Sequence record: PV467748.1
DNA: 64,000 nucleotides
Strand: one strand, 5' to 3'
DNA from: a phage
Shown here: positions 20,601-31,604 of the stretch, piece by piece
How positions within the stretch are numbered: the stretch's first letter is position 1
How the letters are laid out: each line of letters opens with the position of its first letter
The notes under the pieces: generated by a model
Seen by the model: the letters and a program-made list of their open reading frames with translations, nothing else
Databases searched by the model: none
What the model was told of the DNA's origin: nothing
Made by a program: the position numbers and the translations under genes

Positions 20601-20777
20601 TTCTCTGTATTCCAAGGTCAATTACCACACGAACGTATTAAAAAGCATAGTCCATTGTTTGACCAAAGTGCTGTGACCTTTGCCAATTGGCGTGCACTGG
20701 TTGATAAGCGTCTTAAAGACGATATTGGAAATCCTAGAGACCCTAAAGTTCCAACTCAGGTAAAAATTAATGATTAA
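17682..20777 (+). CDS. 7: baseplate wedge protein gp7
   Basis: Size 1031 aa (T4 1032) and position. Confidence 0.85.
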   Translation: MSVQAPYVTSLRIDKLSANHVSILWDDVGANFYYFVELAQTKDAGVEIPDDRLFWRNLGYTPNNEWFEEAFISPNSFYKMRVAVAAQGFEQSEWVYTEEFETFSTNAYTFEHMREFTLSNKFIEEKFTKNNQNYVNFNTDAIMASLMTEDFNFTPAYSHLSSISNYVLKADRFHEIQGSIQAVCKDPKRSILMELGGVLYLLERFQSTAKVSNDKGQNWHYIRLFNDRVGNPVSRTAHYQTETTTYVLGYDQIFYGRKSSDIRWSADDVRFSSQDITFAKIGSDIDLPFEIEIFGSYAKLPLPISTIAEAICASDDFIYVAGRDRVYKAKTSEAPIDTDPSSPTYGEKIFESGYSTITGNPKAVCYKLDSIQGHTFALITGEVKEEKMDPTVESNVVDSESKGVYWLDTSTDTWIRVFGNTEEERRRIEHGYTSMSTDGEELFFSSSNFRYEVEVDSELPLEYPEIVTSAVKYVKDEQWIHDKHYLMMSFRSNSKSDFKEFKPGRMAYYAEPFFSWSRRDGTRSWITTGGHAMVVYNDALYQKIIDLNSGSSPERIVHEIWNKGFCKVTSPNIEFNGFKKYSSGMMIHKSTGELVGYFEFDYRVRDEVRVIWKPKEIMFTAELQNQEHEIPWKPKEEVGEQDPDLQPLLVKMIPDSYLLQDSNFEKFCEYYLQFISDGSGTHYNNLLNLIRNQYPREEDSWEYLWSEIYKRNIYLSKEKRDEVVRFFQARQTDFWSTKGTEASYKFLFKLLYNEDVEIDIESKNSIEYDIIVESDNISEDIVGQTIYTPTGRSNVTYIERNYKDGKLQWRLTIHNLLGRFIVGQEIKSERTSFKGMIVQGVRGKELLSNNIDYINRNRSYYVMTIKSNLPTSRYRNDVLRFVHPVGFGFVGITLLSMFVNVGLTLKHTETIINILKNYKWDSGLPSEWYDRVAVIGFDGNIERDPRTGLPVYNVGPKAGEPFDIPVDYDAENDFSVFQGQLPHERIKKHSPLFDQSAVTFANWRALVDKRLKDDIGNPRDPKVPTQVKIND

Positions 20778-21774
20778 TTCTACAGTAGTTTATCGTTCTA
20801 TTGTTACTTCAAAATTTAGAACGGAAAAAATGTACAACTTTTACAGAACAATAGGTGATGGCGAAGACCAGAACACTATGTATGTATCTTTCGGAAGGGC
20901 CCGACCATGGGCCGATAACGAAAATGACCCTGGTTTTGCTCCGCCTTATCCTGTAGATGATTCTGAGGGCGTAGAAGACGTCTGGACAAACATGATGGGT
21001 TGTGTTAAGGTTTATAAGAGTATGTTGGATTGTGTTGTTCCTCGCAAAGACTGGGGCGATACCTCTTATCCTAATCCGTTTACTTTCCAGATTGGTGAAA
21101 TTGTAGTGGCGAACAGCCAGCCGCAAAACCGTACTGATGTCGGTGCCGGGTGGATGGTTTATCGTTGTGTAGATATTCCGGAATCAGGTACATGTTCTAT
21201 TTTGTCCCTTGATAATAAAACTGAGTGTATTAAACTTGGTGGTAAATGGACTTCAAACGTACAATCGGTTAAAGCCCCTGCAGGACAAGGCGATACGGAA
21301 GGTATGGTTGATACAGGTGATGGTTATCTCTGGGAATATTTGTATGAGATTCCGCCTGATGTAAGTATCAACCGTTGCACTAATGAATATATTGTGGTTC
21401 CATGGCCGGAAGAAATTGCCGAAGACCCAGAACGTTGGGGATACGAGAATAACCTTACTTGGCAGCAAGACGATTATGGATTGATTTATCGTATTAAAGG
21501 CAATACCATTCGTTTTAAAGCATTCTTAGATTCAGTTTACTTCCCTGAATTTAGTCTTCCTGGTAACAAAGGATTTAGACAGCTTTCGATAATCTCTAAT
21601 CCATTAGAAGCTAAAGCTCACCCATCCGATCCGATCATTAAAGCCGAAAAAGAGTACTATGATGTTATAGACCTCTCCCGCCATTCAGGTGAAATGATTT
21701 ATATGGAAAACCGCCCTCCGGTTATTCGTTCCATGGACCAAACAGAAGAAATTAACATTATCTTCGAATTCTAA
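20770..21774 (+). CDS. 8: baseplate wedge protein gp8
   Basis: Closely matches T4 gp8 as recalled (VYRSIVTSKFRTEKM..., NEYIVVPWPEE...); 334 aa. Confidence 0.9.
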   Translation: MINSTVVYRSIVTSKFRTEKMYNFYRTIGDGEDQNTMYVSFGRARPWADNENDPGFAPPYPVDDSEGVEDVWTNMMGCVKVYKSMLDCVVPRKDWGDTSYPNPFTFQIGEIVVANSQPQNRTDVGAGWMVYRCVDIPESGTCSILSLDNKTECIKLGGKWTSNVQSVKAPAGQGDTEGMVDTGDGYLWEYLYEIPPDVSINRCTNEYIVVPWPEEIAEDPERWGYENNLTWQQDDYGLIYRIKGNTIRFKAFLDSVYFPEFSLPGNKGFRQLSIISNPLEAKAHPSDPIIKAEKEYYDVIDLSRHSGEMIYMENRPPVIRSMDQTEEINIIFEF

Positions 21775-21777
21775 TAA

Positions 21778-21800
21778 GGGCCGCAAGGCCCTTTCGGGTT
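21778..21800 (+). terminator. terminator-like hairpin GGGCCGCAAGGCCC + TTTCGGGTTT
   Basis: GC stem with GCAA loop directly after the gp8 stop. Confidence 0.45.
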
Positions 21801-21835
21801 TAATAAATACAGTATATCAATAATGAGGCATACCT

Positions 21836-22696
21836 ATGATTAAGCAAACTGGTAAAGAACTAATTGACGTCGGTGAAATTGGTAATGCCAGCACCGGCGA
21901 CATTCTTTATGATGGCGGTGTTAAACTGAACACTGACTTAAACAACATCTATAATACTTTCGGCGACCAACGTAAAACTGCTTTAACTGGCGAATTAACC
22001 GGTCAGAAATTACACGCTACAGGTTATTATCAAAAATTTGGTGATATGGACCAAGCAAGCTCAGTAGATTTAGGCTCTTTGGTGGATATCGATGCTTCTA
22101 CCGGTTCTATCGTGTTAACCACTGTAAAAGGTGCGGTCGGTGAAGGTATTGAAATAATTAACTCTAATGGAAGTATTTCAGCTACCAACTATCTTGAAAT
22201 CCGTATATTGGATACTTTCGCAAGCCATTCATCTTCGTCTTTGCGTATTGTGACACCTTATACACGAGTTCTTTTATGGTGTGTATCAGATACAAACGGC
22301 ATTGCAGTATGGGATTATTCAATTGAAAGTATGTTTGGTGATAAACGTGTTCCATTAAATAAGACATATAATATATCTTCTGTTGCTCGTGATATTCCGG
22401 TGGTTTATTCTGGCCAGTATTCATTGGTCAAACTTTTAGTTACAGCAGTGAATGCCAACGAAACCATTTACAAAGCTTCAGAATACCTTGTGTTTATCGA
22501 CAACCAAGCTAGAAAGATTTATTCCACCGAATACGCCGTTATTAAACGTGGACAAACTTCAGATGATGACGAAATTTATTCCCTAGATTTTAAATTCGAT
22601 ACATCAAACTATATTATCGCGACCGCTTCTTCTGTCAATCCTATGAGGCTTGCAATTAAGGTCGTAGAAACCCAAACTATTGGAGTTCCAGTATAA
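21836..22696 (+). CDS. 9: baseplate wedge / long-tail-fibre socket protein gp9
   Basis: N-terminus ...LIDVGEIGNASTGDILYDGG... matches T4 gp9 as recalled. Confidence 0.85.
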   Translation: MIKQTGKELIDVGEIGNASTGDILYDGGVKLNTDLNNIYNTFGDQRKTALTGELTGQKLHATGYYQKFGDMDQASSVDLGSLVDIDASTGSIVLTTVKGAVGEGIEIINSNGSISATNYLEIRILDTFASHSSSSLRIVTPYTRVLLWCVSDTNGIAVWDYSIESMFGDKRVPLNKTYNISSVARDIPVVYSGQYSLVKLLVTAVNANETIYKASEYLVFIDNQARKIYSTEYAVIKRGQTSDDDEIYSLDFKFDTSNYIIATASSVNPMRLAIKVVETQTIGVPV

Positions 22697-24507
22697 TGAA
22701 ACAAGACTTAAAAGTAGGTTCCGCTGTTGATGACGGGTCCGGTGATTACCTGCGTGCAGGTGGTCTTAAAATTAATAACAACTTCAATGAGCTTTATTAC
22801 CAATTAGGTGATGGCAACAACCCGCATGCAGCAGGCGCTTGGAAACAGCATTCTACTGCAGATGGTGCTTTGTTGAACGCTGTAATGGGTCATAGCTATA
22901 CACTTAATACTCAAGGTGGGCGTATTAACGTTCAGCTTCCTAAAGGCTCCCCTGAAGAATATAACTTTGTTATCCGTGTACGTGACGTGTATTCTTCATG
23001 GCAAGCTAACCCAGTAACCCTAATCCCTGCCACAGGTGATACCATTAAGGGTTCAGCTACTCAAGTAGAAATTGCTCGCAACTTCTCTGACCTTGAATTA
23101 GTTTATTGTGCGCCAGGACGTTGGGAATATGTTGAAAATAAGCAAGTAAACCGTATTCCAAATAACGACCTCGCTACTGTAGCAACTAAGCAGTTTATTG
23201 CCACTGAAGGCCAAACGGATTTTCTAGACATTTTCCCAGGGCTTTCTTATAACGTGGCGAGTTTAAGCGTTTCACAACGTGGTAACAATTTGTTCTACGG
23301 TGTTGATGATATTTTTGATGCTGCTACCGCAGAGTTCGGTTCTCCAGGTGCTCAACCAGGTGAATTGGTAGCTTTGAATGGTAAGGACATCCGTTTAAAA
23401 TATCCTTGTGAAGCCGGTGATACTGTTATTATCAAATCATATAATGACGGACTTGCCCAATGGCGTAGCTCTTATAACCGCCGTGATATAACAATCCAAA
23501 GTTCAGAATTGACTAAAAACGTTTCTGTTCCTGGTTCTTCTTTCGTCGGAGATTTGAATACTTCGCATGTTATATCGGCCGCTGATTTGAATATTTCTGT
23601 TAACAGCCCTATCAACCCAAATGCTTGTCAAGTCATGCTTAATAGCACATTACTTCATCAAGCTGGTACAGCTGGACTTCCTTCGTTTTATTGTGAAGGT
23701 GCTGATGGCCGTACTGCTACCGAGTGTTTTAATGCTGGTGGCCAATGGACCCAATCTAAATCAGACTATATTTTTAATTTGACTCCTGAAGATAAGATTG
23801 AATCCATCGAATTTGGACGTAACTTTGAACACGGTGATATTCTTACAGTAATTTGGTACAATAATGATATCGGTACCACCATGGAAATTGATGAGATTTT
23901 GGATTATACCAACAACATCTATATTTCTAAAGGGCCTTCTATCGATATAACAGGTCAAGTTCGTATCACTGATGTAGACAATCCTTTTGCACCTAACGTT
24001 GAACCGGTCGCCGCATCCAATATTACAATAGACACAGCAGCAACGTTTTTTGATTTGATTTATCCAATAGGAACCATCTATGAGAACACAGTGAACCCTA
24101 ATAACCCTAAAACTTATATGGGCTTTGGTTCATGGAAGCGTTTATCTGATGTGTTCTTAGTAGGTTGGTCTCCTGACGCTAGTTCTTTGTTTAATGCAAA
24201 TAACAACGATCTGGATTCTGCTGGTATTCCACAGTCAACTGCCGGTGGTACTGGTGGCGCTCATGTGGCTAATTTGAAATATGAGAATATCCCTGAACTT
24301 AATACCGATGATAAAGTCCTTATTGCTGATAACGATGGCCCTATTTTTGTAGGTGGATGTTTAGTTGACCCTGATTCACAAGGACCAGCTTATACAAAAT
24401 ATCGTGAAGATAAAGCCAGTATTAATAAGGCTCAAGGAACCACTCCTATCCCGGTTAATACTCTACCACCATACTTAACTGTTCATCGCTGGATGAGGAT
24501 TGCATAA
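22696..24507 (+). CDS. 10: baseplate wedge protein gp10
   Basis: Size 603 aa (T4 602) and synteny. Confidence 0.8.
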   Translation: MKQDLKVGSAVDDGSGDYLRAGGLKINNNFNELYYQLGDGNNPHAAGAWKQHSTADGALLNAVMGHSYTLNTQGGRINVQLPKGSPEEYNFVIRVRDVYSSWQANPVTLIPATGDTIKGSATQVEIARNFSDLELVYCAPGRWEYVENKQVNRIPNNDLATVATKQFIATEGQTDFLDIFPGLSYNVASLSVSQRGNNLFYGVDDIFDAATAEFGSPGAQPGELVALNGKDIRLKYPCEAGDTVIIKSYNDGLAQWRSSYNRRDITIQSSELTKNVSVPGSSFVGDLNTSHVISAADLNISVNSPINPNACQVMLNSTLLHQAGTAGLPSFYCEGADGRTATECFNAGGQWTQSKSDYIFNLTPEDKIESIEFGRNFEHGDILTVIWYNNDIGTTMEIDEILDYTNNIYISKGPSIDITGQVRITDVDNPFAPNVEPVAASNITIDTAATFFDLIYPIGTIYENTVNPNNPKTYMGFGSWKRLSDVFLVGWSPDASSLFNANNNDLDSAGIPQSTAGGTGGAHVANLKYENIPELNTDDKVLIADNDGPIFVGGCLVDPDSQGPAYTKYREDKASINKAQGTTPIPVNTLPPYLTVHRWMRIA

Positions 24508-25172
24508 TGACTTTAACTGAAATGAAAAGCGGGTTAAAATCCCGCTTAGCCGATTATTTGGAATTATCTTACACTAGTGACAAGCCTACTGCTGTCGCTG
24601 ACCAACGTCCTATCGGTGGGCCTTCTGCAAACCAAACCCAGAAGGGTGTTTATTTTCCTACAGTCCAAAGTGCAATAGATGATATTGCATTTAGAACAGA
24701 GCTTCCTGTGAACTCTGTTATTATTACCACAGAAAACAGAGCACCTGGATTTATTCAGCAATCTGATAAAATTACATTTACCGGTTCTATTTCTTCAGGT
24801 GGTGAACTTGGCGACCCGGTTATTATTAAAGTGTTCGGACTTCCTGTAGAGGTCTTAGTTGGCGATTCATCTGTATTGGTTGCATCTAAAGTAAATGATG
24901 TGTTTTTAGACGCTATTGCTAATAGCTATATTTTAGCCGAAACTGCTATTGATGCCTTAGACCAATCTACCTTGAATATTAAATACAATGACTATCAGAA
25001 TCATATTTTTTCACCATATAAACAATCGGGTTGTACAATTTCCCATACTATAGTCCAACAGCCAAGGGCTGGATACGGTAAGTGGGAATACTTAGGTAAC
25101 TCTACCCAATCGTTAGCAGGTGGTACAGTTAACGGCACGATTCCTTTATATTACTATAAGAGATTATATTAA
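24507..25172 (+). CDS. 11: baseplate wedge protein gp11
   Basis: Size 221 aa (T4 219) and synteny. Confidence 0.8.
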   Translation: MTLTEMKSGLKSRLADYLELSYTSDKPTAVADQRPIGGPSANQTQKGVYFPTVQSAIDDIAFRTELPVNSVIITTENRAPGFIQQSDKITFTGSISSGGELGDPVIIKVFGLPVEVLVGDSSVLVASKVNDVFLDAIANSYILAETAIDALDQSTLNIKYNDYQNHIFSPYKQSGCTISHTIVQQPRAGYGKWEYLGNSTQSLAGGTVNGTIPLYYYKRLY

Positions 25173-26698
25173 TGTCAACAAACACACTAAAACACATTAG
25201 TGATAAATCGGAATTCAAATCATTCGACCCTACTGGGTCGAATTTCCCGCCTGATATTACTAATGTTCAAGAAGCATTGGCAACTATTTCATTAATCGGC
25301 GTCACAGGTAATGTTCCTTCAGCTACAGAAACGTCCCAAGGCATTATTCGTCTTGCCACAACACAAGAAGTAATGGATGGTCTGGATGCTTATAGTGCAG
25401 TGACACCAGCAACTTTAAAAGCTCGTTTAGATATTCCTACTCAGGCAACAGAAACTTATGTAGGTATCACCCGTTATGCTACTAATGCTGAAGCTATAGC
25501 AGGCACAGAGCCCCAGGCTGCAATCGTAGCAACCTCTTTGAAAGCGGTAATGGATTATACATTTGAGAACCGTTTATCAACAGAGAACGCCACAGGCGTT
25601 ATCAAGATTTCAACTACACCTGCCGCATTAGCTGGTACCGACGATACCACAGCAATGACCCCACTTAAAGTATCGCAAGCAATTGGCGCGGCCACAGCGG
25701 CGTTACCGGTTTATTCTACAGCAACGACCACAAATGAAGGTTTGGTTCGTTTAGCTACTAATGCTGAAGTTGGCAATGGAAGTCTTTCGGTAGGTATTGC
25801 TATTTCTCCAGCCGGATTAGCCACATTAACTTCCACCGAAGCTCGAAGCGGTATTATTAAACTCGCTGGTTGGGATATGGTATCTAATGGTACCGACCAC
25901 ACTGCCGCTGTTACACCGGCTTCTTTGTTAGCTCGTACAGGTAATACCGGACGTATTGGGTTGGTTCGTTTATCTACTACCGTAGGTCAAGGTGATGGTA
26001 ATACAGCACTGGCTTATAATGCTAACGTTATTTCTACTTCAGGTGGTGAAATATGGGGTACTTTAAACGTTAATGGCGCGTTACGTCGTAACGGTGTTGA
26101 TGTTGTTACACATGACCAATTATCAGATAGCGTTCCGGTAGGTACTATTTGTATGTGGGGTGGCAATGAAGGTAATATACCTGGTAAATGGCGAGCTTGT
26201 GTAGGTGGGACTTATACTGGCGGTGCATATTTAAATGCTGTTGGTGGGCGTTGGGGATGGTGGGGTGCTATTCCAGATTTCCGTGGATTATATCCTCGTG
26301 GCGCTAACATGGTTGGTGGATATTCTGAAGGCGAAGTTAACCCACATATTGCTGGTAACCGAGGACAAGACGGTAAAGGTAAAGCCCGTTTAGGTAACGG
26401 TGTCGGTTCGTTCCCACAATCTTCCGTTCAAGCCCAAGCATTACGTTATCATAAACATGCCGGTGGTTTTGGTGAACATGATAACTATGGCGCTTTTGGT
26501 AACACCGCTAACTCCGGGTATGTTGGTACTCGTAAAGGCCTTGACTGGGATAACCGTAGTTATTATACCAACGAAGGTTTTGAGACCACCGATCCTTGGA
26601 ACCGTGATGGACATACCACATTGAATAGTGAAGGTCTTATTGCCAACGAAACACGTCCATGGACAATGTCCGTTCTTTTTATTATTAAAGTAGAATAA
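25172..26698 (+). CDS. 12: short tail fibre gp12
   Basis: Size 508 aa, Ala/Thr/Gly-rich repeats, synteny after gp11. Confidence 0.8.
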   Translation: MSTNTLKHISDKSEFKSFDPTGSNFPPDITNVQEALATISLIGVTGNVPSATETSQGIIRLATTQEVMDGLDAYSAVTPATLKARLDIPTQATETYVGITRYATNAEAIAGTEPQAAIVATSLKAVMDYTFENRLSTENATGVIKISTTPAALAGTDDTTAMTPLKVSQAIGAATAALPVYSTATTTNEGLVRLATNAEVGNGSLSVGIAISPAGLATLTSTEARSGIIKLAGWDMVSNGTDHTAAVTPASLLARTGNTGRIGLVRLSTTVGQGDGNTALAYNANVISTSGGEIWGTLNVNGALRRNGVDVVTHDQLSDSVPVGTICMWGGNEGNIPGKWRACVGGTYTGGAYLNAVGGRWGWWGAIPDFRGLYPRGANMVGGYSEGEVNPHIAGNRGQDGKGKARLGNGVGSFPQSSVQAQALRYHKHAGGFGEHDNYGAFGNTANSGYVGTRKGLDWDNRSYYTNEGFETTDPWNRDGHTTLNSEGLIANETRPWTMSVLFIIKVE

Positions 26699-26707
26699 GG
26701 GTAAAAA

Positions 26708-28297
26708 ATGATTAACAAATTGGAACTTAGTGAGTTACCATTTGTTGACGGCGTACCTGATGCTCCTCAAAAGCGTATCCAATGGATACGCGAGGGTGAT
26801 TGTATGTCTGCAGCAAAAACAAAATACGGCAATGAAGGTAATTTGAACGCTGCTGCTTTAGGAGTTCAGAAAAACGTTGAAGCTCTTGATGCGAATGATT
26901 TGAAAACCGCAGATAAAGTTAACGAACTGGTAGAAAACGTTAATAATATCAATGATGCCTTAGAAATGGCTACGGATATTTCCGTCATCCAACAAATTGA
27001 GAAAAACCGTGTTGATATCGTAGAGCTTAAGAGAGTAGAAGGCGAAACCACTACTGGGCTAAACAATTTAACCATAAATTTCGACCACCTAAAAGAAGAC
27101 GTTGGTTACCATGACCCTTTACAAGATGGCCCATATTTAACTGTACGTGAAAATATTGTTCTTCTTAAAACCGAAATAGGTCATTATGAAAACCAGGATA
27201 TAAATGGTAATCCGTTGCCTCCTGGTGAAACCAGTGAAGCCACCGGTATGAAACGTCGCATCATTGATAATACCACTCAATTGGTCGACCATCGTCTTCG
27301 CATTGATACCCTTGAAAGGAATTATGAAGATTCTGACGTCGGGCAACTAGGTATTAAATTAAATGAAATTCGTGCTGAACTTGGCCCTCATTCTGATACT
27401 GTAGGTAAACAACAGGCTTATACCCGAATTTCTGTATTAGAAACGGCTGCAATTAATTTCAATACATCTATCGACGAAATTAAGACTAATATTGATTTCT
27501 CCGGTATGCCTATAAAGGACCGAGTAACTACTTTAGAAAACAAAACTCTTACCCTAGAAAATTCAGTCAACGTTGATTTAAAACCTCGTGTAACATCAAT
27601 TGAAACCCAAATAGGTTCTGAATCAACTCCTACTTCTATTAATGGACGTTTAAGCGGTCTTCGTACTGATGTAAATGACCTTAAAACCATAGTGGGTGTT
27701 AGTTCAAGTGATGGCTTACGTTTCCAAGTTACTGATATCAACCGCCGTTTAGGTAGTGAAGTATCTCCGGCAGCTGGGACCGTTAATAAGCGTTTAAATG
27801 ACGTTATTATCCAAGCAAACCAATCTACTTCATCTATCCAGGATATTCAAGTAGAAATTGGAAATAACCAATCCGGTATTAAGGGTACTTTACTTAAACT
27901 CACCAATAAGGTTGACGGGACAAACCCTAACGGTACTACTGTAGAAGAACGTGGTCTTATTAATGCGGTTACTTCTTTAGAAACCCAGATGTTAGGTAAG
28001 TTGAATGATGCCCCTTCCGATGGTAAGCTTTATGCTCGTCGTAATGCTACGTGGACCGAAGTTCCTAACGTTTCTACTGAAATAGGGACCGTTAAAGCTG
28101 ATTTAGTTGTTACCGATGGTAATGTGGCAGCTTTAACTTCTAGAGTTACTACGGCAGAAGATAAAATCACTGCATTAGAAACTGAACTTGCTAAACGTCC
28201 GCCAGTGGCTCCTGTTGCTGATGGACTTCCGTATGTTCTGGTTGATAATGCGTGGGTGCTATTGTCAGATTTTGTGACTTTAAACCCATCACCATAA
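26708..28297 (+). CDS. wac: fibritin (whisker) Wac
   Basis: Long segmented coiled coil, synteny between 12 and 13. Confidence 0.8.
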   Translation: MINKLELSELPFVDGVPDAPQKRIQWIREGDCMSAAKTKYGNEGNLNAAALGVQKNVEALDANDLKTADKVNELVENVNNINDALEMATDISVIQQIEKNRVDIVELKRVEGETTTGLNNLTINFDHLKEDVGYHDPLQDGPYLTVRENIVLLKTEIGHYENQDINGNPLPPGETSEATGMKRRIIDNTTQLVDHRLRIDTLERNYEDSDVGQLGIKLNEIRAELGPHSDTVGKQQAYTRISVLETAAINFNTSIDEIKTNIDFSGMPIKDRVTTLENKTLTLENSVNVDLKPRVTSIETQIGSESTPTSINGRLSGLRTDVNDLKTIVGVSSSDGLRFQVTDINRRLGSEVSPAAGTVNKRLNDVIIQANQSTSSIQDIQVEIGNNQSGIKGTLLKLTNKVDGTNPNGTTVEERGLINAVTSLETQMLGKLNDAPSDGKLYARRNATWTEVPNVSTEIGTVKADLVVTDGNVAALTSRVTTAEDKITALETELAKRPPVAPVADGLPYVLVDNAWVLLSDFVTLNPSP

Positions 28298-28300
28298 TAA

Positions 28301-28319
28301 AGGGCTTCGGCCCTTTTTT
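28301..28319 (+). terminator. rho-independent terminator GGGCTTCGGCCC + TTTTTT
   Basis: Stem with TTCG tetraloop and T-run directly after the wac stop. Confidence 0.7.
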
Positions 28320-28321
28320 GC

Positions 28322-28329
28322 TATAAATA
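28322..28329 (+). promoter_or_regulatory. T4 late promoter TATAAATA for gene 13
   Basis: Exact TATAAATA about 22 nt upstream of the gene 13 ATG. Confidence 0.6.
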
Positions 28330-28350
28330 CGGTTATTAGAGGAATAAACC

Positions 28351-29286
28351 ATGGCAAGTGAATCATATAACCCTAAGCAACTCAAGGACGCAATCCTGCG
28401 CCGCCTGGGTGCACCGATTACGAATATTGAAGTAACTACAGACCAAGTATACGATTGCATCCAGCGCGCCCTGGAGCTCTACGGTGAGTATCATTATAAC
28501 GGCTATAACAAAGGTTATCAGGCTTTTTATATAGGTCATGATGATGAAGAAAAATTCCGTAACGGCGTATTTGACCTTAAAGGTCGTAATATATTTGCAG
28601 TGACACAAATTTTAAGAACCAATGTGGGTTCTTTAACATCTATGGACGGTCAAGCGACTTATCCATGGTTTACTGATTTTGTATTGGGCCTAGCTGGTAT
28701 TAATGGTGGTCTTGGAACTTCTTGTAATAGCTTTGGACCTAATGCCTTCGGTGCTGACCTCGGTTATTTTACCCAACTGATGCAATATCGTTCTATGATG
28801 CAGGACCTTTTGGTTCCATTGCCTGATTATTGGTATAACGATGCCACCGAACAATTGAAGGTAATGGGCAACTTTGTTAAAGGCGACTTTATTGTAATTG
28901 AAGTTTATACCCGTTCATTTAATGGCGTTGATTCCATGGTTGGGAATACAGCAGGATATGGATATGCTTCTGGTGGCTGTGACGAAAATGAATGGAGCCC
29001 TGGGGCTATTTGGGATAACCCGGCTCGTCGTATTTCAGGTATGAGGGCAGGTGAAGACCTTGGTTTGCAAGATGGTTCATATAATAACCGTTGGGTCAAA
29101 GATTATGCCACGGCATTGGTTAAAGAAGTCAATGGTAATATTTTGGCCAAACACCAAGGCATGCAACTTGCGGGTGGAACCACTGTAGATGGTATTCGAT
29201 TGATTGAAGAAGCCCGTTTAGAAAAAGAACGTCTTCGCGAAGAATTAGATTTACTCGACCCACCAACACCTATTTTAATTGGATAA
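28351..29286 (+). CDS. 13: neck protein gp13
   Basis: Size 311 aa (T4 309) and synteny. Confidence 0.85.
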   Translation: MASESYNPKQLKDAILRRLGAPITNIEVTTDQVYDCIQRALELYGEYHYNGYNKGYQAFYIGHDDEEKFRNGVFDLKGRNIFAVTQILRTNVGSLTSMDGQATYPWFTDFVLGLAGINGGLGTSCNSFGPNAFGADLGYFTQLMQYRSMMQDLLVPLPDYWYNDATEQLKVMGNFVKGDFIVIEVYTRSFNGVDSMVGNTAGYGYASGGCDENEWSPGAIWDNPARRISGMRAGEDLGLQDGSYNNRWVKDYATALVKEVNGNILAKHQGMQLAGGTTVDGIRLIEEARLEKERLREELDLLDPPTPILIG

Positions 29287-29288
29287 TT

Positions 29289-29933
29289 ATGAACTATAAT
29301 AAGATTTACAAATCTTTAATAAATAAGGGCCTCGAAAGAGGTCTAAATAAAAAGAAGGTAGGGTTTTATACAGAGAAGCATCATATTGTCCCTAAATCCA
29401 TGGGTGGTAGTGAAGACAAATCCAATTTTGTCCTTTTAACCGCTAGAGAACATTTTGTAGCTCATCAATTATTGTATAAAATACACAAAAACCGTTCTAT
29501 GGCCCATGCTATGATTAATATGTGTGCTGATAGCACAGGTAATAGGGTTAATTCTAAGTTATTAGATTGGCACCGTAAAGCTAAGGCTAAGGCCCAAAGT
29601 GAGATGGTTTCAGGTGAAAACCATCCTATGTATAACAAGAAACATAAAAAAGAAACATTAGAAAAAATGAGATTGGCCAAATTAGGCGTCCCATGGACTG
29701 AAGAAGTTAAGGAATCTAGAAGAGAAGAATTACTTAAAACCTCTGAACACGCTAGGACTTTCATCGACTATAAATCTGGCGGAGAAAATTCAGCCGCAAA
29801 GAAAATATGTATAGAAGGTATAGTATTTGATTATATGGAAGAAGCGGTTCCTTGGTGTAATATATCAAGAAGAACTCTTTTAAATAGAATCAAATCTTCA
29901 GACCCTAAATGGAGGGATTGGAATTATGTCTAA
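29289..29933 (+). CDS. HNH-family homing endonuclease
   Basis: HNH core [31 protein letters not shown]; basic C-terminal region; absent from this position in T4. Confidence 0.8.
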   Translation: MNYNKIYKSLINKGLERGLNKKKVGFYTEKHHIVPKSMGGSEDKSNFVLLTAREHFVAHQLLYKIHKNRSMAHAMINMCADSTGNRVNSKLLDWHRKAKAKAQSEMVSGENHPMYNKKHKKETLEKMRLAKLGVPWTEEVKESRREELLKTSEHARTFIDYKSGGENSAAKKICIEGIVFDYMEEAVPWCNISRRTLLNRIKSSDPKWRDWNYV

Positions 29934-30702
29934 CACTTTTGATTCAAGCTTATTTGCTAGGCTTGAGGATGGTTCAGGTTACGTTAATACAAATAAAAGC
30001 GAAATTCTCAATCCGTTCGTCAACTTTTATCGCCATGAGAATACTCAAACATTGGCCGATGCTTTAGTTGCAGAATCTATCCAAATGAGGGGAATTCCTT
30101 TATATTATATCCCTAGACAGTATGTTAAGCCTGACCAATTGTTCGGCGAAGACCTCCAAAACAAGTTTACAGTGGCCTGGAAATTTGCAGGGTATTTGGA
30201 TTCCTTTGAAGGTTATTCCGGTGACAATACTTATTTCAGTAAGTTCGGTATGATGGTTAATGATGAAGTAACAATCACAATTAACCCTAACCTTTTTAAA
30301 CATCAATGCAATGGCACTGAACCTGTTTCAGGCGATTTGATTTATTTCCCAATGGACAACAGCCTATTCGAAATTAACTGGGTACAACCTTACGACCCAT
30401 TCTATCAAGTAGGAGCTAACGTCCAGCGTCGCATCACTGCTACCAAGTTCATTTACAATGGTGAAGAACTTCGTCCTGAATTACAGAGAAATGAAGGTAT
30501 TAATATTCCTGAGTTTAGTGAGCTTGATTTAATGCCCGTTAAGAATATCGACGGATTGGCTGATATCTCCGACATTCAATACGAAGAGGTCAATGAGATT
30601 AATGCTGAAGCGGCTGAATTCGTACATCCTTATGTTGTAATTAATGGACGAGGAGAGGATGCTCCTCCTACAGCATTTGATGATGCTTTTTTAGATGATT
30701 AA
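29926..30702 (+). CDS. 14: neck protein gp14
   Basis: Size 258 aa (T4 256) and synteny. Confidence 0.8.
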   Translation: MSNTFDSSLFARLEDGSGYVNTNKSEILNPFVNFYRHENTQTLADALVAESIQMRGIPLYYIPRQYVKPDQLFGEDLQNKFTVAWKFAGYLDSFEGYSGDNTYFSKFGMMVNDEVTITINPNLFKHQCNGTEPVSGDLIYFPMDNSLFEINWVQPYDPFYQVGANVQRRITATKFIYNGEELRPELQRNEGINIPEFSELDLMPVKNIDGLADISDIQYEEVNEINAEAAEFVHPYVVINGRGEDAPPTAFDDAFLDD

Positions 30703-30711
30703 ATAATACAT

Positions 30712-30731
30712 GGCGCATGGTGCGCCATTTT
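30712..30731 (+). terminator. terminator-like hairpin GGCGCA..TGCGCC + ATTTT
   Basis: Palindrome after the gp14 stop. Confidence 0.45.
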
Positions 30732-30741
30732 AGGAGGTTTG

Positions 30742-31604
30742 ATGTTTGGACATTGGTATAATAGTTCGCTACGTCGCTATATTGTTTTGATGGGTGATTT
30801 ATTTTCCCATGTTCAAGTAGCACGTCAAAGAGAAGATACAGGACTTAAATTTATTAAGGTTCCTATTACATATGCTTCTAAAGAAAGATTTATGGCTAAC
30901 TTAGGTAAATGGACGGCAGTACAGAATATTCCAAATCCTAATATGACAGCTAAAGAACGGGCCGAACAAAAAGCTAAAGTGGAAACAGTTCTTCCGCGTA
31001 TGAACCTCCAAATGGTTGATATGCTTTACAACTCACAATATAAAACGGCCCTTCAAAACAGAACACAAATTCAATTTGAGAATGGCGACCCACGTAAGCG
31101 TGTCAGCCAATATTCTCCTACTCCGGTTAAAATGATTTTCGAACTGGGTATTTACACTAGAACCCAAGATGATATGTTCCAAATTGTAGAACAGATTATG
31201 CCTTATTTCCAACCTCACTTCAATACAACTATCACTGAACTCTATACAAACGAAATTAAATTTGACCGTGATATCCGTATTGTGTTCCAATCTATAGCAA
31301 TGGATGAACAATTAGAAGGTGATACCACTTCTAGACGTCGCTTAGAGTGGTCTATGATGTTTGAGGTTAATGGTTGGTTATATCCTCCTGTGAAGGAAAT
31401 GGAAGGCGAAATTAAAACCATTTATCTTGATTTCTTTGCCAACTCAAAGGAACTCGCTCCTGAAGGTAATTTCGAATCGGTTGATAGCGAAGTGGTTCCT
31501 AGAGGTGTAGAAGAAAAAGAATGGGACGGTAGGTCCATTCAAACATATTCACAAGATATTCCAGTGCCTGTCGAGCCAGCGCCTCCAGCACCAAGGAGAA
31601 ACCC

